From the NCBI GenBank assembly GCA_001655205.1, contig LPNZ01007350.1:1-41801 (forward strand): 41,801 nucleotides of DNA, written 5' to 3'. The notes beneath the pieces were generated by a model. It searched no databases, was not told where the DNA came from, and saw only the letters and a program-made list of their open reading frames with translations. Source of the DNA: Lenisia limosa. Lineage: Eukaryota > Protista > Breviatea. The position numbers and the translations under genes are program-made. Shown one piece after another: positions 34,239 to 41,801 of this stretch (the stretch's first letter is position 1; each line of letters starts with the position of its first letter).

Positions 34239-36209
34239 ATGGTGATCCAAAGCTCTTCCTCGACTATATCCAGGTTCACCTTTGGAATTCTCAAACCCAA
34301 CCTTTTTAAGCCATCACCAACTATCTTGTGTGAGCCAAAGTTACTGCCCCAGCAGCTCAGAAGAACAAAATGCCTGAGTAAGGATGTGAAGCAAGATCAT
34401 GGCATTACTGAAGGGGGTCTTCTTCCTTCTGAAGTGCACTATTGCCCACCATCCCTTGATGATTATGAGGCAGCCTACCCAGCCTTATCAGCTGCGGCGC
34501 TTGATACTGTGCATAATCTTGGCTTCAGAGCAACAGCCTTCAGATGGGTATATGGTGGATAGTGCCTACAATTTATTATGTGTTAATAAAAATAATACTA
34601 TCTCCAATTCCATCTTTTCGTTTCTTACCTTCAGCTCTATCTTGATGTCGCCGAAGTGTTTCGGCTCTATGCCTCGCATGCGGGAAGATTCTACCAACCC
34701 AGATTGTCTGCTTTTATGTCAAGGTGGGTGATAACAGAAGGAGTATTAACGGGTACAATAAGGTACGTAATACTGTATATTATGGAGGACTCCCATTTTG
34801 TCATACAATGTTGGTTAATTGCTTGCTTATTTGTTTCCGCAATTACATTGATTTTGCCTGTTATTCTGTAAACTCTGAGGGGATTTTCGTTTCTGAGTCT
34901 GGATATTGATGTCACCTTATGGACCAAGAAAGATAACACTAAATAGGTCATGAGGAATAAGGATTTAGCTTTATAGTAGCTACGTATAGTCTTCACGCCT
35001 CTAGTGGTCCTCTTCTTAGCCTAGCATTACACCATGAGGGTCTTGGCAACATGACAAGCCAACAGTTACGACTGTTTGCCCGTTGTGTGTCGAATATTGA
35101 TCACACGAGTAACGTTGAAGGTTGGTTTAAAAGGTATCATATAAGAAAAATGAGAGCAAAGCAATGTAAAAAAAATTGATTATATTTTTGGACCACTGGC
35201 AAACCCTCTTGATTTCTTTGTTCTTTTCCTTCTAACATTTTTATGGACACTTACTCTTCACAACCCATTTTTATCCTTCAGCTGAGAGAATCCTCGCTCA
35301 ACAGGGGTTGACAGAAGACACGCCGACATGGGTCTTGTGGCGCAAAGTGCTGGGGCCAACCCAACGGGCAGGGTAGGAGGAAGTTTAATAAAGAATTGGA
35401 GCAGGATGGATCGTAGTCTGTTTTGGGGTAGCTGTTTGAACTATCTTTTCATGGACCTGATCGAAAATAGAGCACTCTATATTTCAAGAGGTGATACCAC
35501 TTTTCCCTTCTATTTGTGGGGAAAGGTTTAACAGTCATATGATATCAAACTATGTGGATCTAAATGGGGGAGCTCCTCAAAAATATTCATTATTTTTTGT
35601 CTTCACAGCTTGTAGATGTTTGAGAGACTTTCCCTTCTCTCTGCGTGCTTTATTTGGTTTCAGTGACATGCAAAATGCCTTTCATGGGAGTGGTAGGAAT
35701 TATTTCTTCATAATATTATAATATATATGAAATCTAACTGATATGATAGTATTGTGCCTAAATACCAATGTTTTCATTGGTTATTTTTTTAGATAGTTTA
35801 CTTGGGGTTGCTGATGAAATGGCTGAAGTATGCCCTCCTATTTTGAGGTGAGAGGCGTTTTAAAAATACAGTGCTAAAAACAGTTAACATTAGTTTTCTT
35901 CTGAATCTGATATTTTTTATATGTCCAAATTGACTCTATAGTGAGTTGGCTCCTTTCAGCGTTCAAGATATTCCCTTCTGTCTGAGGAGGGATCAATACC
36001 CGGGATATATCAAAGCCTGTAAAGAAGATATTTGCTTCGAATGGCCCCATTACACTCCTTCAGGTAGCTGGTGTGGGTTTTTGTCAGAGGTACAGGAAAG
36101 CCTTGCTAAAGTCTATTCTAAACCTTCAGAACCAATTAACACACTGGACTTCCTGAGTCAACTTGACCTTAATGATCTTGATAGAGCTGACGCTGCGTCA
36201 ACGTTTTAG
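34239..36209 (+). CDS. Divergent nucleoside-diphosphate-kinase (NDK)-fold protein with an unknown C-terminal extension
   Basis: RFTFGILKPN (cf. ERTFxxIKPD), ALDTVHNLGFR, LYASHAGRFYQPRLSAFMS|SGPLLSL (cf. Y.eH....F...L...M.SGP) and SNIDHTSN (cf. NxxHGSD). Last exon ends ...DAASTF* at 36209. Exon phases between 35300 and 35850 are uncertain. Confidence 0.68.
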
Positions 36210-36308
36210 GTTCTTAATTGAGGCAGTTGTAATACATTAGTGAACATCATATCACGTTTATAAATGAGTTTCCCCACAAAATACTATACTAACATTAATC
36301 ATTAAAAC

Positions 36309-36372
36309 TTATAAACGTGATGGTGTGGACGGCTTCGGCGATACTCTTATTTTTTCTCATTTCTACATATTA
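36309..36372 (-). repeat. Repeat family A fragment (intergenic, between convergent 3' ends)
   Basis: cttataaacgtgatggtgtggacggcttcggcgatactcttattttttctcat is the family core. Confidence 0.7.
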
Positions 36373-36472
36373 CTAACATTACATTACATAATCAAAAAAA
36401 ACCTAAAAATACTGAAGCATAGAATAACAGCGGGATGTTTTGGCACACCCTAGAGAGTACCGAAAACGATCA

Positions 36473-39400
36473 TTAGATCCATGCTGTTAAGGTTCCTTTT
36501 GCCACTGACACAACCCCATTTCCTGAAGGCGACCAAGAAACTCCGGCAATTGGGTCTTTAATACCACTAGGGGAGAGGGTAAGAGACACAAAAAGGTCAA
36601 CTCCAGGTTTTGAACGAGAAACGAAACCAACGAGGGGGGGGGCAATCGAAATAGAATATGTGCAAAAAAGGTAACAACTGCCGTAGGCCCAGCTAACCTA
36701 ACATTGTCGCAAATAGTTTCAACTTCGCCTGTTGCAACGTTCCAAACGAAAACATCACCTTCATGACCTCCTGCGGAAATGTACCGACCATCTAAACGGT
36801 GAGATACGACGTTTATCTGGAATCATAGAAATAAGAATAGTAATTTATGTTATGTAAACGGTTAACTCTAGAAGATTACTCCTCTCCGTCCATCCATTTT
36901 GCAGGCACCAAAAAGACCCAAAGGCACGCAAAACCCTGGGTTACCAGGAGAAAAGCACAGAGTTGACCAATTAAGACCGTTCTTAAAGCGCCGGTGACTA
37001 GGAGGGTTGGATCAGCATACACTCCATAGCACTTTTCAGTACCCATACAATAGGATTGACAAATTATGAAAAAGCCCAATTAGTCAAAATGCCATTCCAG
37101 GTGTGCCAAAAGACGTCAGAGTACCTATTATGCCAAACCTTAAAGTGTGAAGTACGGAATCCCCTTTTCGCAGATCCATGACAGTAACCTTGTTATCACG
37201 AGACATGATGGCGAGAAGTTGATCGTCGGGCGAGTAGTTCACACTCGTAATCTTGGGTGTAATTATTTATAACAAAGAACCACCCCTTGTACAACCAACC
37301 TTTGTTCTATGCCCAGGAAACGTGTTGACAAGTTCTAGTGAACCTGTATCAAAGACACTCACGCGCGCCTTCGCGTCACCTTTTGCGTTAATTACATTTG
37401 GGTTTTAGAAAGCAGAATCTGCGCGGATTGAATGTCTCAGTATATTTAAATTTGGTTAAAAAAATAATAATCAACCAATTGCCTGGATTAAGAGCCTGGT
37501 TATTTGACCTTACTTTAGCCATGCCCAGCTTACCGACGGCAAGCAGACCAGTGCCTGACACTGAACATGCGTTACAAGCGGATCCCACATTGATGGAACT
37601 CTCAATAAAGCCTTTTTTGAGATCAAAGATCTGAACATAATGAGGAAATACAAGATAGGGTTCTTAGACGCGAAAATAATGGCCAAGACACCAAGACAAT
37701 ATTGTTAGAAAATTGACCCAAAGAAGCAAACTTTGACTGTTTTGTCAGCAGAAGCAGTGGCAATTTTCCGAACTGATGGGAAGAAGGAAGTCGACAGGAT
37801 CTTGCCGCTGTGTCCAGAAAGAATATGCTGGAGGGTATAATAATTGGGTATTGGGGAAAATTGGTGTAGTAATATTATATCATATGAGGATATGATATGA
37901 AAATAAGACAGTATCATTTGGCTGCCATTCGAGGCACTACGGCTGAAAAGATTGGCATCCTACCCCATGTTTGTTTGATCCTGGATTAAACAGGTGGCAT
38001 TTAGCGTCGGCAACACCAACAGCTAGGATCTGGTCCGAATCACCGTATGCACAACATAAAGCTTCCTGCGGCACTGCAGCTGTCCAAATGGGACTTCCTG
38101 ATCCATAAAAGCCTGAAAACAGCTAATAGAATCCTTTTACATCCCTATCTTCTCACGTAAATATAAAATCTGAAAGAAATTATCAAAGCGTAAGTACTTG
38201 GAGCCCCTAGGACGCTCTCACTCACCACTCAGAATGTCCCAGACTTTGACTTTCTTGTCATTTCCCACTGTGCAGACATTTGTGGCGTTAGCCCTGAGGA
38301 TTTAGTGAAATATGTTGACTTTTCTAGTAAATCCCACAGGAGATGCCATGGAGTATTTGCAAGTTAGTGGCTGTAAAATAGGTTCACATGGGACATGGAT
38401 TTGGCTTTCTTTTAAGCTCACGCATAAGCCACATCAGTAGTATCACCAACATGAGCCGTAATGGTGAGACGTGACGCTGTTGGCACTTCTGCAATGACGG
38501 AATCTTGTCTAAAACGTCAAAATGCACCAGTCTACAAAAGAAGGCAAAAAATGTACAACTGCCTACTCCAATTCTGACAGGGGGCTGACTTGAGCGTTAA
38601 CATCATTGAAAACGTTTTTGACAAATTTGGTTGGCTAGATGCGGAGTAAAAGGCAGTGAAGCCCAATAAAATCACAACAGAGGTCAGATTTCAAGAGTAA
38701 AATTCTCCCAGTGTGCACCTTTCCGCTGAGACTTTCATTCATTTGGTCAGCCTTGGTCTCCACCAATTTCATGCATCGCGCTAATATCATGTTGTAGTCT
38801 TCCTCGAGTTTTACGTTGCGTGTGTGCACCGCGTCAACTTCGCCCTGTATGGGTAAAACATGGGGCTTCACAATGCTAAAATCACTAAAGCCCAAATGGA
38901 AGCGAAATAATACAAAACGGTGAACTGAAGAGTACAATATATTACACATCATATATTACTATATCATATGTATAGCAATGAAATAAAAATAAGGTTGTAT
39001 CATACATATGATATCATATCTACTATATATAGCAATGAGAAATAAAAAATAAGGTAGTATTATCTGGCTGAATCCGTCCACACCATCACGCTTATACGAG
39101 ATATTGGATTATAGTAAAATATTAATTCTCCCAATCATTTGCCTTACAACTCTGGGCACACAGCTTTCTGCGTGCCTCCCCAGCATACCTACAAGGATTA
39201 GATTAATGAATAAGGACAATAGCCCCTGCATAATAACCCAGGTAGGCCCTCCTAAATCCGTCTCATTTCACAGATTCAGGAGGTACCAGAGAGTTAGAAT
39301 TGCAGACATCAAAGGCTTTATAGAATAATATTGTCGTAAATATTGATAACGTCCTCCTATAAGTGGCTCAATAGTAGGACTAGGTCTCAGGTGGAGAGAT

Positions 39401-40760
39401 CCCCCAGTCTATGAGGCCGGCATATATCCTATGTATATACAGTGTATGTTTATCAGGACTTATTATAAATAAGCGGCGTCATACTCTGAGCATGGCAAGT
39501 TCCTTGTTAAGGGACTCCTTCTCTTGAACCATGGTGTCCTTATTGGCAGCAAGGGCCTTTCGATCTCTTTCAAGGTTTTCAATACTAAATCATGAGTATC
39601 ATCAATTATATACTGCCCGCTTATCATGACATGGTTCAATCTCTTTCAAAAGCAAACTAGAAGACCTCTCCACCAACGTTTCCGTCTGAGTGACATTTGT
39701 TCTTCCTAAAACATCATTTGCCTCCTGGAGGGAAAGTCGGGCCTTGTTGCAGTCACTGAGTTCCCTGAAGTGGTAAGCTGGAAAACAAACAGGATTGAGA
39801 TTTCAACATCGCCTCGTCTCAACCAAAAGTAGAGAAGGAAGACATAGAGAAAGCAATAAGAACAAAACCAAACAAGCAAAAGAGATATTTATAGCGTTAC
39901 TATTATGACGCACAATTGAAGCCAAGTCCTTCTCTGAACATGGAATTCAGGATGAATAAAAGGTGAAGGTAGCGTTCTCCTATTAAAAACCAATACGTAC
40001 TTGTAAAGGGTGACGTTCTCTGTTTTTAGTTCCTTGTTTGCAGACTCCAAGTTAATGATAGTCTCCTTTGACCCCTCAGCATCATGCCTATAATGTCAAT
40101 TCCATAACTCTGAACATAGAAGCCTCATGGTCCAGTCCAATTAAAGCTATTAATAATCTGAATAGTGCCTTAAAATATAATATTAATTAGGTAGTAATAA
40201 AAAAAAACTTCCAGAATCAAGTTTTGTATTTTTATAATTTTTTTTTTAAAATAACACTATTAATAGTGCCATCCTAAAAAAAAAGTCAACTATAATAATA
40301 ATTAATGACTTAGAGTGCTATTATTGGGATAGGGACTTCTTCCCCTCTCACGCCTCAGCTTTGAATTTGGCAATTACAATAGTCAAATGTTCAACCTGTG
40401 GTGTAAATTACGATTGTAGAATGATATGACAACTTGATGCAAGAAATAATTCCACTCATTAGAGGTAAGGTTGTACCAAGGCCCACCTGTTGTGTGAGTC
40501 GCGATACTTCTGCCTGACTTCTTATCTCAGCTACACGTGCCTTTTCCGATTTTTCAATGGCATCAGTATCTGAGAAATTAACTTGGAACCCTGGGAAAAC
40601 TTAAACATAGCAATACTGTTATAAATAAACATGTACCAATGAAAAACAACAACTGCATTGTCCAAGACATACATGTGCCAATGAAATCAGAAAATCCTTG
40701 TGTTTTCTGGTTTCTTTCCGCGATTCGACTTTCAATTATATCAACGAAAGTCACCTCCAT
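36473..40760 (-). CDS. ATG16L: Autophagy protein ATG16L (ATG5-binding helix, coiled coil, C-terminal WD40 propeller)
   Basis: MEVTFVDIIESRIAERNQKTQGFSDFIGT (ATG5-binding helix), EEDYNMILARCMKLVETKADQMNE (coiled-coil end), HILSGHSGKILS, GSACN, SRDNKVTVMDLR, FKNGLNWSTLCFSPDGRYISAGGHEGDVFVWNVATG, VSWSPSGNGVVSVAKGTLTAWI* (TAA 36473-36475). Confidence 0.9.
39019..39188 (+). mobile_element. Repeat family A most complete copy (putative non-autonomous element) in an ATG16L intron, with a partial 5' duplicate at 38969-39001
   Basis: Begins A|TCTACTATATATAGCAATGAGAAAT. Ends with hairpin GGCACACAG-CTTT-CTGCGTGCC (39155-39176), then tccccagcatac. Confidence 0.78.
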
Positions 40761-41185
40761 TGTAATGAAGGATACTCTGATATACCTCAACAATACGTGG
40801 TGAAAAACTGAGTTTGCGCTCCACCTCAGTATTGCTGAATAATAAAGAATACACTAAGAATACAGTAATTGGTAAATGGTGCCCAATGGGGCCTGAAACT
40901 GCAAGAAATGGCATGCAGTAGAATGGAAACAAAGGCTTCTTTTTCCTGGGGGTTCACGCTCACACTCACCTTTTATAAGCAAAAAATGCCAACCAGAGGG
41001 AAATGTTGTATTATGATCTGTTTGATAGTGTATATCAATTATTTTTAACCTGAATTTAAAGTAAAATACCAGTTTTGTCCTTTGGTTTTCTTGAATTCCC
41101 CTCCTTTGATCTGGAATCACCGCCTCCACTGCTTATGAAGCTTTGTTGACATTATATTGCGACTGTATTGCTCAGTTAGACAATA

Positions 41186-41801
41186 ATGGAGGAAATCTAC
41201 TTTCATGTCCGTAAGATCCACTTCCATGGACATCGTCGCAGAGTGCTTTGCCAGGCTGACAATGGACCGTATGTGGGAACATGGGACCATTAATTAAATC
41301 CAGTGATGCTCTGACCCATTGTTGCTTGTTTCTTCTTCAAGATGTGATTTCTGTTTTGTTTCCATTTTTGGAGGGAAAATGAACCCTCCCAATTGAGCAT
41401 TGGAATAAATGCATTTCCTTTGATAGCTTTGTGGATCTTCACCTTTCAGGTGCCCGCTTCTTGCTGTCAGTATGCTGGTCAAGAATCCAAAGACTTGATA
41501 TTTCAATGGGTGATCATTGAATTTTCAATCGGCTTCCGATTCAGATTGTACCGTAATTGCTTCTTCATTTTATTCTTCATCCCCTCCCTCGCAGTAAACT
41601 GCCATCTTCTTCGTTCTGAGCTTGAGACCAATTCGGACCAAGTGCCTCTCTCTGACGTGGTTGAGGTCATTTGGACAACTGCACATGACACTGCGAAGCA
41701 GGTATGTGGGCTGGTGGTTCTTGCTTTCTCTTAGACAAGGATTCTACACCCCCACCCCCAAGTTCATTTAACTGTCGCTCTCTCCCCACCCCCAAGTTTA
41801 T
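41186..41801 (+). CDS. MINDY: MINDY-1/2 (FAM63/DUF544) family deubiquitinase, 5' part; runs off the right edge
   Basis: Exons 41186-41268, 41450-41469 and 41595-41701 splice in phase to MEEIYFHVRKIHFHGHRRRVLCQADNGPCPLLAVINCHLLRSEL..., containing the Q..NGPCPLLA..N catalytic motif. Confidence 0.88.

Noticed and set aside
39019-39188. Hammerhead ribozyme or tRNA-derived SINE interpretation of family A
   Set aside because: I saw no CUGANGA/GAAA core arrangement and no A/B box or cloverleaf.
41100-41730. Minus-strand ORFs near the right end
   Set aside because: The region is explained by plus-strand MINDY exons with strong splice sites.
1-41801. Non-standard genetic code or selenocysteine recoding
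   Set aside because: Confidently reconstructed exons needed no read-through, and TAA, TAG and TGA all serve as terminal stops.

Overview
This is intron-rich eukaryotic (protist-like) genomic DNA with canonical GT-AG introns, the standard genetic code and about 15 assembly gaps (N runs). The ORF track is mostly exon fragments and shadow frames, so I rebuilt genes by hand-splicing exons. Eleven protein-coding genes are supported, in order: EFHB/CFAP21-like ciliary protein (-, truncated at left edge), exosome subunit RRP41 (+), multi-ankyrin protein with an E/K linker and villin headpiece (-), glyoxylate/hydroxypyruvate reductase with a mitochondrial-type presequence (-), WD40 protein with an N-terminal PIP-box-like motif (-), NPSN-type Qb-SNARE (+), ankyrin-RING E3 ligase (-), a diflavin reductase-hybrid cluster protein fusion (-), a divergent NDP-kinase-fold protein (+), ATG16L (-) and a MINDY-1/2 deubiquitinase (+, truncated at right edge). 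The stand-out is the ~34-exon gene at 27186-34001. It joins a complete cytochrome-P450-reductase-like module (flavodoxin, FAD-binding, NADPH-binding) in frame to a class I hybrid cluster (prismane) protein with all cluster ligands visible. This suggests a self-sufficient NADPH-driven NO/hydroxylamine reductase. Two small interspersed repeat families and an inverted-repeat cluster are also present. All family calls come from motif recognition by eye; no database search was run, and the organism cannot be named from this window.
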